Of a DNA stretch of 57,180 nt, positions 19,472-28,313 are shown piece after piece. A model generated the notes under the pieces. The model did not search any database. It saw only the letters and a list, made by a program, of their open reading frames with translations, and had not been told where the DNA came from. How positions within the stretch are numbered: position 1 is the stretch's first letter; each line of letters begins with the position of its first letter. The position numbers were made by a program, and so were the translations under genes. Source of the DNA: a virus. Its lineage: Duplodnaviria; Caudoviricetes. The DNA lies in the IMG/VR virus record IMGVR_UViG_3300030107_003246, positions 1-57,180 of that record, one strand, 5' to 3'.

Positions 19472-20536
19472 ATGGATGATCTCTTAAAAGAGGCAATTGC
19501 TGACGCTAAAGCAGTTCGTGAAACAGCTTTAGAAAATGCAAAGATGGCTTTAGAAGAGGCTTTCACTCCAAGATTGCAGAATATGCTTTCTCAAAAGATT
19601 CAGACAGAAATGGAAGATGAAGATGAGGAAAAGCAAGATGAAATCTCATACAAAGAAGATGACGAAGATCCTTCAGACGAAGAAGCGCCAGAAGAAATGG
19701 CGATGAAAGATGCTGACGAAGATCCTTCTGACGAAGATTCTGATGAGATGGATGAATCTGAAATAATCGAAATCGATGGTGTTAAATATGCACCAGTAGT
19801 CGCTGAAGAAGAAGATGAAGAAGATGAAATGGAAGAAGGCGAAGATAAAGAAGATGACGATATGGAAGAAGATCTTGATTTAGAAGCTGTAATTAAAGAG
19901 CTGGAGTCTGAAATCGATGAAATCGCTAAAGATGATGATGATGAAAAGAATGAGGAAATCGAAGAAGGTGAAGAAATTGAAGAAAATGATGTATCTTCTG
20001 GCATAGGCAAAGGAACAGGAGTCAATAAAAAGGCTAATGATTCCTCTGGTGTCGGAAGTGACGGAAAAGCTAAACTCAAAGAGAATGAAGAAGTTGATGA
20101 AGATGTAGATCTTGATGAAGTTCTTAAAGCTCTTTCTGAGGAAGAAGATGAAGATGAGAAAAAGGATGAAGTTGCAGAACTTAAATCCGATCTTGAAGAA
20201 CATCGTTCCGTAATCGAAACTCTTCGTGGAAAGCTAAATGAAGTCAATTTGCTAAATGCTAAACTTTTATTCACAAACAAACTGTTCAGAAAGCACGGTT
20301 TGTCTAACGAACAGAAGATGAAAGTCGTTGAGCAATTCGATAGAGCATCAAACCTTAGAGAAGTTAAGTTAGTGTATTCTACACTTGGCGAATCTTTTGG
20401 TGCTAGGAAAAATGAAATTAATGAATCTAAGGGAAGCGCTTCCAAACCAGTAGCGTCTACCAAACCTGAAAAAGAAGTAATAACTGAAAGTTCAGATTTG
20501 AGAGACAGGTTTAAGAAGTTAGCTAACCTTATTTAA
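19472..20536 (+). CDS. Prohead scaffolding/core protein
   Basis: LLKEAIADAKAVRETALENAK N-terminus, E/D-rich middle, coiled coil LNEVNLLNAKLLFTNKLF, C-terminal RFKKLA; directly upstream of major capsid gene. Confidence 0.8.
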   Translation: MDDLLKEAIADAKAVRETALENAKMALEEAFTPRLQNMLSQKIQTEMEDEDEEKQDEISYKEDDEDPSDEEAPEEMAMKDADEDPSDEDSDEMDESEIIEIDGVKYAPVVAEEEDEEDEMEEGEDKEDDDMEEDLDLEAVIKELESEIDEIAKDDDDEKNEEIEEGEEIEENDVSSGIGKGTGVNKKANDSSGVGSDGKAKLKENEEVDEDVDLDEVLKALSEEEDEDEKKDEVAELKSDLEEHRSVIETLRGKLNEVNLLNAKLLFTNKLFRKHGLSNEQKMKVVEQFDRASNLREVKLVYSTLGESFGARKNEINESKGSASKPVASTKPEKEVITESSDLRDRFKKLANLI

Positions 20537-20550
20537 TTGGGAGACATATA

Positions 20551-22173
20551 ATGTCAAACTTTGATAATCTGAACTCTTTGATGACTGGGCATAACCCACA
20601 CAAAGAGCTTCTCAAACAGACTAGGAAACTGGTCGATAAATGGGAACCGACCGGATTGTTAGACGAAATCGATGACTCCACTAAGAAAACAGGAATGGCT
20701 GTTCTTTTAGAAAACCAGGCAACTCAGCTTATTAAAGAAGCTTCGGGTACAGGTACTGGCGGTTCTAAAGAAGAATGGTCTGGTGTTGCTTTACCACTGG
20801 TTCGTAGAATCTTTGGTGAACTTTCAGCACAAGAGTTTGTTAGTGTACAACCGATGAATCTTCCATCAGGTCTGATTTTCTTTTTAGACTTCAAATATGG
20901 ATCTGCCGGATCACAAATCGATCAAAACTCTGATGTATTTGGTAATACTTCAGGTTCTGGCGATGCTAGTGGTGGTCTTTATGGTGCAGGTAAATTTGGA
21001 TATTCAATCAACGATAAGAAAGCTGAAGGTATTACTCCACTTGGAATGACTACTGGTTCTGCTACTTGGAAAGAAGTTGATTTTGAACCTGATCTAAGTG
21101 CTTCTGTTGCTGATGGAACACTTTTAAAAGTTCAACTTGGTGCTGGTTTATTTACTAGACCTGACTACAATGGCATACGTGCTTGGGAACTTAGTGGTTC
21201 TGGTGTAACAGCTGTTTATCCAGCTTATAGTGTTGTCGATGATGTAAACAATGTAACAACTGCGAGTTTCTTTGCTAAGATTACTCCTGCTGATGGTATG
21301 TTGTTCGGTGTTCGCTATCACGAATCTCCAACTGCTGAGAATCGTGGTGATTTTGAACAGAGTTCATTTACTACACCTGGTCCTTCTTCTGCTGATGATC
21401 TTGAGATTCCAGAAGTAGACATCCAGTTAAGAAGTGAAGCTATCGTTGCTAAAACAAGAAAGTTGAAAGCTGTATGGACACCTGAACTTGCTCAGGATCT
21501 TAACGCTTATCACTCTGTTGATGCCGAAGCTGAACTTACAGCGATGCTATCTGAGTATATCGCTATGGAAATCGATTTGGAAATCGTTGATATGTTAAAA
21601 GCTAATGCTTCTGCTAAGACAGCATACTGGTCAGCTAAAGTTGGCTATGAGTATGATGGTTCTGGCACAGGTGATGATGCTTTTTCACAGATTAGTGGTG
21701 CTTCAAACGCATACACAAAGTCATCCTGGTTCCAAACACTTGGAATTAGAATCCAATCTGTTTCTAATGCAATTCATCAGAAAACACTACGTGGTGGTGC
21801 TAACTTTGTAATCGTTTCACCTGAAACTGCTACAATCTTAGAGTCTGTAAGTGGATATGTTGCTAATACTGGTGACGCTTCTGCTAAGACATACGCTATG
21901 GGTGTTGAAGCAATTGGTTCAATCAATAACAGATATACTGTCTATAAGAATCCTTATATGCTAGACAATACAATACTATGTGGTTTCAGAGGAAGTAACT
22001 TCCTTGAAACAGGTGCTGTATATGCTCCGTATGTACCGATGATTATGACTCCGTTAGTATACGATCCTCAAAACTTTACTCCACGTAAAGGTGTGATGAC
22101 TCGTTACGCTAAGAAGATGGTTCGTCCTGAATTCTACGGAAAAGTTATTGTAACTGACATCGATCAAGTTTAA
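20551..22173 (+). CDS. Major capsid protein (T4 gp23-like)
   Basis: LLENQ, VQPMNLPSGLIF, RKLKAVWTPELAQDLNAYH, YAPYVP, KGVMTRY. Confidence 0.96.
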   Translation: MSNFDNLNSLMTGHNPHKELLKQTRKLVDKWEPTGLLDEIDDSTKKTGMAVLLENQATQLIKEASGTGTGGSKEEWSGVALPLVRRIFGELSAQEFVSVQPMNLPSGLIFFLDFKYGSAGSQIDQNSDVFGNTSGSGDASGGLYGAGKFGYSINDKKAEGITPLGMTTGSATWKEVDFEPDLSASVADGTLLKVQLGAGLFTRPDYNGIRAWELSGSGVTAVYPAYSVVDDVNNVTTASFFAKITPADGMLFGVRYHESPTAENRGDFEQSSFTTPGPSSADDLEIPEVDIQLRSEAIVAKTRKLKAVWTPELAQDLNAYHSVDAEAELTAMLSEYIAMEIDLEIVDMLKANASAKTAYWSAKVGYEYDGSGTGDDAFSQISGASNAYTKSSWFQTLGIRIQSVSNAIHQKTLRGGANFVIVSPETATILESVSGYVANTGDASAKTYAMGVEAIGSINNRYTVYKNPYMLDNTILCGFRGSNFLETGAVYAPYVPMIMTPLVYDPQNFTPRKGVMTRYAKKMVRPEFYGKVIVTDIDQV

Positions 22174-22195
22174 TTGAATATCAATTAATCTACTT

Positions 22196-22227
22196 AAAAA
22201 GGGTGGGAGTTTTCTCACCCTTTTTTT
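22196..22227 (+). terminator. Rho-independent terminator after major capsid gene
   Basis: AAAAA-GGGTGGGA-GTTT-TCTCACCC-TTTTTTT. Confidence 0.9.
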
Positions 22228-22236
22228 GTGCCTTGT

Positions 22237-22244
22237 ATATTTAT
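22237..22244 (+). promoter_or_regulatory. Putative late promoter ATATTTAT
   Basis: Directly after the terminator, restarting transcription for the neck genes. Confidence 0.65.
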
Positions 22245-22277
22245 TAATGAATAAATACATCTTTTTAGGAGAATATA

Positions 22278-23444
22278 ATGGAAGCAATTTGGCCAGGTAG
22301 TAGTTCATTTTCGACTGGTGATACTCCATATGGATTTTACGATGCAGATACAGACTTTTCGGGATCTAGTAATCATAATGTGGATAAATTTTCAGATTGG
22401 GCAGCTAAAAGATTAGGCTATCCTATAGTAGCAGTGGAATTACAGAAAGAACAATTTTATGCTTGTTACGAAGAAGCTATCACAGAATATAGCGCACAGG
22501 TTAATCAATTTAATATAAGAGATAATATGTTAGCATTACAAGGACAAAATACAGGTTCTGGTGCTACAAAAACAGATTTAACACATAGAAAATTGACGCC
22601 AACAATAGGTAGAAATATACAACTTGCTGAACAATATGGAACAGAAGCAGGTGTTGGTGGCACAGTAGATTTTAAAAGTGGTTCTATAGAAATCACAAGT
22701 GGTTCGCAAGTTTATGATTTGAATGCTTTAATATCAGAAGTATCTGAAAGTGGTAATGCCATAGAAGTTAGAAAGATATTTTATGAGGCTTCGCCCGCAG
22801 TTACTAGATATTTCGATCCCTATGCTGGTACAGGTGATGGTTCGTATAATATGTTAGATTCATTTGGGTGGGGTAATAATTCGCCAGCTGTTCAATTTAT
22901 GATGATGCCGATGTACGCTGATTTATTAAAAGTTCAAGCGATTGAGTTTAATGACCAAATAAGAAAGTCTGCATATTCCTTTGAGTTAGTCAATAACAAA
23001 TTGAGAATATTTCCAAATCCAACAAGTAACTATAACTTACATCTTAGATATTTAGTAAAGCAAGATAGAGATAGTACACTACAAGGAACTACAGATGGTG
23101 TAATTACAGATTTTTCAAATGCACCTTTTGATAATATGACATTTGCTAATATAAATGAAGTTGGTAAACAATGGATTAAAAAATATGGATTAGCTCTCTG
23201 TAAAGAATTATTAGGAACAATACGAAGTAAATATGCTTCATTACCAATACCTGGCGCTGAAACTACATTAGATGGAGACACTTTACGAACAGAGGCGTCT
23301 ACTGAAAAAGAAACATTAGTAGAACAACTTAGGGAAATGTTAGACCAAACAAGTAGAAAAGCTCTATTAGAAGCTGACAAAGATGAGGCTGAATTTCTAC
23401 AAGAAAAATTGGCTAAAGTACCCTATCCAATATACATAGGATAA
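22278..23444 (+). CDS. Neck protein (T4 gp13-like head-tail adaptor)
   Basis: KRLGYPIVAVEL, WIKKYGLALCKELLGTIRSKY, LPIPGAETTLDG, C-terminal PIYIG. Confidence 0.8.
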   Translation: MEAIWPGSSSFSTGDTPYGFYDADTDFSGSSNHNVDKFSDWAAKRLGYPIVAVELQKEQFYACYEEAITEYSAQVNQFNIRDNMLALQGQNTGSGATKTDLTHRKLTPTIGRNIQLAEQYGTEAGVGGTVDFKSGSIEITSGSQVYDLNALISEVSESGNAIEVRKIFYEASPAVTRYFDPYAGTGDGSYNMLDSFGWGNNSPAVQFMMMPMYADLLKVQAIEFNDQIRKSAYSFELVNNKLRIFPNPTSNYNLHLRYLVKQDRDSTLQGTTDGVITDFSNAPFDNMTFANINEVGKQWIKKYGLALCKELLGTIRSKYASLPIPGAETTLDGDTLRTEASTEKETLVEQLREMLDQTSRKALLEADKDEAEFLQEKLAKVPYPIYIG

Positions 23445-23448
23445 TCAT

Positions 23449-23937
23449 ATGGCTGGTAGATTTTTACCTCAATCTGATGTAAACTTAATTACAAGAGTTA
23501 CGCGCGAATTAGTTGGGGATAAACAAAATAACAAAGATGGTATTATAAATCAGGAGTGTGTTGTATACAAACCATCACTTCAAGAATCTGTAACCAATAT
23601 GTATGGTGAAGCAGCTGGTGGTAAAAAAGTATATAAAGATGGTGTTCAGATGAACGCACTAATAGACGCAGAAGATTTTGATTTTAATCAAGAAGAATTT
23701 GGACCTGATGCTGGACAAACAGCAACATTTTCATTTCTAAGACAATCTTTTATAGATGCCAGTATGGTATTAGAAATAGGTGATTTGATAGATTGGAACT
23801 ATGGATATTTTGAAGTTGGTTCTATAAATGAAAATCAATTAATAGGTGGACAATTTGACCAAAACTATTCGGTTATAGCAAACACTTTCTTAATCAGAAA
23901 GAGTTCTATACAGATAGAGAGAATTAGGAGTATCTAA
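23449..23937 (+). CDS. Neck/head-closure protein (gp14-like)
   Basis: NMYGE motif, LEIGDLIDWNYGYFEV; position after gp13-like gene. Confidence 0.65.
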   Translation: MAGRFLPQSDVNLITRVTRELVGDKQNNKDGIINQECVVYKPSLQESVTNMYGEAAGGKKVYKDGVQMNALIDAEDFDFNQEEFGPDAGQTATFSFLRQSFIDASMVLEIGDLIDWNYGYFEVGSINENQLIGGQFDQNYSVIANTFLIRKSSIQIERIRSI

Positions 23938-25475
23938 TGGCTCGTAAAAAACCAATACCTCGTTCTGCTAGAAAAGAATTAAATCGAGGCAGAATAAGGT
24001 CGAGAGATGACGACACAGTAAAAAATATATCAGTTGGATTGATGGACATCGATGCAGCTATTATGTTCTATTTTAATAATACAATTCAACCAGAAGTTGA
24101 AGAGAATGGTGAAACTGTCAAAGTTCCACTTATGTATTCTAATCCCGAAAGATGGGCTATAGTACAAAAGAATGGATATTTAGTTGATAATAAAAAACAA
24201 CTTATCATACCACTAATAGCTTTTAAAAGAACTTCTATAGAAAAAGATGATACGATGAGTGTGGATAAATTAGATCCTAAAGATCCTAAATTATTTTACA
24301 CTTTTCAAAGAAAATATTCAGAAAAAAATCGTTATGATAAATTTGCTGTACAGCAAGGATTAAATAAAGTCAATGAACTTTATACTGTGGGTGTTCCAGA
24401 TTATGTAAGTGTAAGTTATGATTTTGTTATTTGGACATCTTATACCGAACAGATGAACAAAATTGTTGAAAAAATTATTTGGAGTGAGGGTTCTTATTGG
24501 GGCGAAGATGGTAAGTTTAAATTTAGAACAACAATAGATAGTTATACAGATGCCAGCGAAGTATCTGTTAATTCAGAAAGATTAATTAGAACTAATTTTA
24601 CAGTAACATTAAAAGGTTATTTAATACCTGAACAATTTAATAAAGTTCTTACAACTCAAAAAACATTAACACCAAAAAGAATTTTAATTGGAGATGATGT
24701 AAGCGTAAATCTAACTAACTTAGTTGGAGATAGTAAAACTAAAGATGTAAAAATATCTGTACAACAAGGTGCTGCTGGTGGTACTTTGGATAAATCATTT
24801 CAGATAATAGCTGGAACTGGTGTAAGTATCGGTGGTGAGGGAACATTTGACGGAACAGAGGAAAAGGATTTTACTTTTTCTATTGGACAAGAAGTAGGAA
24901 CTACGAGTACAGTTCAATTTAATGCTGTTAGTGCTTCAAACGCTTTACATATCGGACCAACATCTTTTACCATATCACAAAATGATAGAGGTATAGCTGA
25001 AATAAGCACAGATTTACAGGTTAAAGGTGATATTTTTGCAGAAAACTATGTGGTTTCATCATCTATAGTATCGATGTCTGTACAACAAGCAAGTGGTTCA
25101 ACGAGGTTTGGTGATACAATTGATGATACACACCAATTTACAGGAAGTTTAAATGTTTCAGGATCTTTATCGGTGGATGGAGTCACTACAGGTGATACTA
25201 ATACATATTTAAGAAAATCGTTTGTTCATAAATCTAATGCTATAACAGCAACAACTGCCAGCTTTACTGCAGTAACCGCTTCCGCTCCAACAGGACTAAC
25301 TGCTACATCAGAAAACGATTTTATATTCTTTCTAAACGGACAATATATGGAACACGATGCTTTAAAAATACATCAAGCTGGCGCTACATTTCAATTGCAC
25401 GTGGATACTGATAGTATTGGATATGAGTTAGAAGATGACGATGAAATTATGGCTATGGGTAAATTTAATTCATAG
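23937..25475 (+). CDS. Tail terminator (gp15-like) with C-terminal fibre-like extension
   Basis: KVPLMYSNPERW, PDYVSVSYDFVIWTSYTEQMNKIVE, RTNFTVTLKGYLIP; extension with SGSTRFGDTIDDTHQFTGSLNVSGS and FFLNGQ. Confidence 0.7.
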   Translation: MARKKPIPRSARKELNRGRIRSRDDDTVKNISVGLMDIDAAIMFYFNNTIQPEVEENGETVKVPLMYSNPERWAIVQKNGYLVDNKKQLIIPLIAFKRTSIEKDDTMSVDKLDPKDPKLFYTFQRKYSEKNRYDKFAVQQGLNKVNELYTVGVPDYVSVSYDFVIWTSYTEQMNKIVEKIIWSEGSYWGEDGKFKFRTTIDSYTDASEVSVNSERLIRTNFTVTLKGYLIPEQFNKVLTTQKTLTPKRILIGDDVSVNLTNLVGDSKTKDVKISVQQGAAGGTLDKSFQIIAGTGVSIGGEGTFDGTEEKDFTFSIGQEVGTTSTVQFNAVSASNALHIGPTSFTISQNDRGIAEISTDLQVKGDIFAENYVVSSSIVSMSVQQASGSTRFGDTIDDTHQFTGSLNVSGSLSVDGVTTGDTNTYLRKSFVHKSNAITATTASFTAVTASAPTGLTATSENDFIFFLNGQYMEHDALKIHQAGATFQLHVDTDSIGYELEDDDEIMAMGKFNS

Positions 25476-25501
25476 TTCCACCTTTCTTTTACTATTTCTT
25501 T

Positions 25502-25509
25502 ATATTTAT
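25502..25509 (+). promoter_or_regulatory. Late promoter driving a probably leaderless gene
   Basis: ATATTTAT; the ATG at 25514 is 12 nt from the motif start and has no SD. Confidence 0.55.
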
Positions 25510-25513
25510 TACT

Positions 25514-25792
25514 ATGAGAAAAAGGCATTGGAAAGATAGAAAAAATAGAAAATGTCCATCTTGTAGTAAGATGCTGACATATTCGAGAAAAGATGCTTTT
25601 GATAGAGCAGTCGGTAATAATAGTGTATGTAAGTCGTGCGCACAGATGGATAGAAAAGTAACTGTAGCTACGATTGAAAAGATGAAACAACCGAAATCTA
25701 TAGAGCATAAAAGAAAAATTTCAAAGTCAATGAGAGTTCATTGGCAAAGTAGAAGAGAAGATGTATGGCTTTACAAAAAAGTAAACAATTAA
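25514..25792 (+). CDS. Small zinc-ribbon plus NUMOD3-like DNA-binding protein
   Basis: CPSC...CKSC; KSIEHKRKISKSM NUMOD3-like motif; no nuclease domain seen. Confidence 0.6.
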   Translation: MRKRHWKDRKNRKCPSCSKMLTYSRKDAFDRAVGNNSVCKSCAQMDRKVTVATIEKMKQPKSIEHKRKISKSMRVHWQSRREDVWLYKKVNN

Positions 25793-26667
25793 ATCCTAGA
25801 CTTACAGGTTCATTTACCCTTTCTGGTAGTCTTGTTGGTTCAACTGCTGAATTCACAGATTATGGTGGTAATGTAAGTGGCTCAGCAACCTCAACTGGTT
25901 CGTTTGGTAAGGTTATAACTGGTGAGCTTACTGCAAGTGGTATACAAGTAAATGGTAATGTAAGTGTGTTTGATGATTTAATTGTTGGAGAATACATTAA
26001 ACATAAGGGTGATGTAAATACACGAATCTACTTTACCGATGATAGGATTAGATTTCAAGCTGGTGGTCTTGATTTCGTGGGGATGCATAATAAGAGTTCA
26101 ACACCACACCTTGTCACCATTAATAATGGTTCTAACAACATAGACTTTCAAATTAAGGATAATTCTAATAATACACTTTTTAGAACTGATGCTGATGAAC
26201 AATTAGTAAAATTTCCAGACGCGCTACAAATAAGTGGCTCAGCAACTTCAACTGGTTCATTTGGTAGAGCAGAAATTAATGATAATGTATCAATAGGTGG
26301 TGATATTTTATTAGATGAAGACCAAAGAATATATTTTGAAGAAGATAAACAAACTTGGATAGAATCTAATGGTGCAAATTTAATTAGGATAGTTACTAAT
26401 AATAGTCAAATGTTGCTATTAGACCACGAGACTGGTAATAGAGCAGTATTTGGTAATGGAACTAAAGTTTTTATAGGTGCTAATAATAATGAATTACCAT
26501 CTAATGAGTTAGAAGTTGTTGGAACTATAAGTGGTTCAGGAATTTTATCCATTGAGGGAAATATAACAGGTAGTGGTAATATAAACACTACAGGTGGTAG
26601 AGTATTTGAACAAGGAACATCAGTAATAGACCACGCTACGGCGATGGCAATAGTATTTGGAGGATAA
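25765..26667 (+). CDS. Fibre/collar protein
   Basis: Two SGSATSTGSFG repeats; C-terminal ATAMAIVFGG. Confidence 0.6.
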   Translation: MALQKSKQLNPRLTGSFTLSGSLVGSTAEFTDYGGNVSGSATSTGSFGKVITGELTASGIQVNGNVSVFDDLIVGEYIKHKGDVNTRIYFTDDRIRFQAGGLDFVGMHNKSSTPHLVTINNGSNNIDFQIKDNSNNTLFRTDADEQLVKFPDALQISGSATSTGSFGRAEINDNVSIGGDILLDEDQRIYFEEDKQTWIESNGANLIRIVTNNSQMLLLDHETGNRAVFGNGTKVFIGANNNELPSNELEVVGTISGSGILSIEGNITGSGNINTTGGRVFEQGTSVIDHATAMAIVFGG

Positions 26668-26668
26668 T

Positions 26669-26995
26669 ATGGCTAATACATTTAAAAGTGCAGCAAGCGG
26701 TTCAACAACGAGTATACAAACATTGTATACTTGTCCTGCTGCTACTACTGCTGTAGTTCACGCAGTATATTTAAGTAACATTGATGGTACAAATGATGCT
26801 ACTATTGATTTATCTATTAGTGGTAGTGCTAATTTTGATGATAGAAGATACATACTAAAGACTGTAGATGTACCAGCAGACTCGACAGTAGTAATTGAGA
26901 AACCTATTAATTTAGGTGCTGGTGATTTATTAGAAACAGCAGCTTCTGCAAATGGTGATATAGATGTTTTTGCAAGTATATTGGAAATGACATAA
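26669..26995 (+). CDS. Small beta-sandwich virion adaptor (MANTFK type)
   Basis: ATG at 26669 after GGAGG; MANTFK...LYTCPA...VPADST...LGAGD...SILE pattern I recognise from aquatic phage fibre modules. Confidence 0.6.
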   Translation: MANTFKSAASGSTTSIQTLYTCPAATTAVVHAVYLSNIDGTNDATIDLSISGSANFDDRRYILKTVDVPADSTVVIEKPINLGAGDLLETAASANGDIDVFASILEMT

Positions 26996-26996
26996 T

Positions 26997-28304
26997 ATGT
27001 CTAACCTTAAATATATAGGTAAAAATATATTAAAACACGACCTCGAAGTTCGTAGAGGTAATGTAAGTGGTTCGTCTGCCTCGACTGGCTCATTTGGATT
27101 ATCTCAGATAGATGGTATTGATTTAAGAACAACTGGAGTTTCTCGTGATGAAGTTTTAAAATTTAATGGAACAAGGTTTGTTCCAGCAGCGCATGATGCT
27201 ACTTTTGTATTTTCAATAGCAGATTTTGATATGAATTATTCAACCTCACCAACATTAATTGGTTCAGGTTCTTGGAAAGCCGCAGGTACTATCACATTTA
27301 CTGCAACTTATAATAACGGTCCGCCTGATGGATTTGAGGGAAGTTCTGCAGGAGCGCCAAAAATTCAAGGTTATGTCAATAGTTCAATAAGTAGTTCATA
27401 TGATATGTTTCCATTGAGTTCAAGCTTTACATCAGGAACAAATCCTATGGCTATAACTTTTCCATTAACGAGTGGACACGATATAAGATTTAGATTATTT
27501 GCTTCAGCTGGAAGTGATACTAGTAATAGTTATACAGACCAAAGAATATATTTTAGAAATCAATTTGTTTATGGTGAAATAAGTAAGAACAATGGATTTG
27601 CTCAAGCAGATATAAGAACATTAGCAGCTGCCAATACAGTTACTACTAATGATACAACAAGAACACTTACAGTATCAGTTGGTGGTTCTAATTATTTGGC
27701 ATTTGCACATAGAAGTGGTGATACTAATGTAGCACAAGTAAGAGCTGGTAGTGGTGCTAATTTATTAACTGTTGCTATGGACAGAACAGATGCTACTGCA
27801 CTAACACCATTAAAGGAAACAGTAAGTTATTTAAATACTGCTGGATTTACAGAAAACTTTCTTGTGTACGCTAGTGCAATAGCTAATGTAGATGCACACT
27901 CAACAACTTTTACTACAGTAACATCTACACAAAAGAAAAATTATTTTATTTGGGGATTCGATGCACAAGCAGATAGTTATGATGAAAGTTTCTTAGAAAC
28001 TTCAGGTGATTGGGATTCCTACAATGCAAACTCTTCATATGATGATGGAAATATCATAAGCCAAACATTAAGTGTTGGTTCTTTTACAGACAAATATGTT
28101 ATAATAGCTTTTCCAGATAGGTATGGAGATAATGCATCAGAATTTCAATTTAAAGATAATGGTACAGGTTTACCTTTTGATGTAACAGCACAGAGTGATG
28201 TCACAGTAACAAATGTAGTTGGTTTTCAAGAAACGTATCACGTTTGGAGATCGACAAATTTATTAACAATGAGTAATCTAACGATTCTCATAGATTCGGT
28301 ATAG
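26997..28304 (+). CDS. Virion structural protein with two related C-terminal beta domains
   Basis: NVSGSSASTGSFG; repeated unit YLAFAH...NTAGFTENFLVY and YVIIAFP...NVVGFQETYHVW. Confidence 0.6.
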   Translation: MSNLKYIGKNILKHDLEVRRGNVSGSSASTGSFGLSQIDGIDLRTTGVSRDEVLKFNGTRFVPAAHDATFVFSIADFDMNYSTSPTLIGSGSWKAAGTITFTATYNNGPPDGFEGSSAGAPKIQGYVNSSISSSYDMFPLSSSFTSGTNPMAITFPLTSGHDIRFRLFASAGSDTSNSYTDQRIYFRNQFVYGEISKNNGFAQADIRTLAAANTVTTNDTTRTLTVSVGGSNYLAFAHRSGDTNVAQVRAGSGANLLTVAMDRTDATALTPLKETVSYLNTAGFTENFLVYASAIANVDAHSTTFTTVTSTQKKNYFIWGFDAQADSYDESFLETSGDWDSYNANSSYDDGNIISQTLSVGSFTDKYVIIAFPDRYGDNASEFQFKDNGTGLPFDVTAQSDVTVTNVVGFQETYHVWRSTNLLTMSNLTILIDSV

Positions 28305-28313
28305 GAACATAGA

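Noticed and set aside
19600-20463. 287-aa antisense Ser-rich ORF
   Set aside because: Mirror of the GAA/GAT codons of the acidic scaffold gene.
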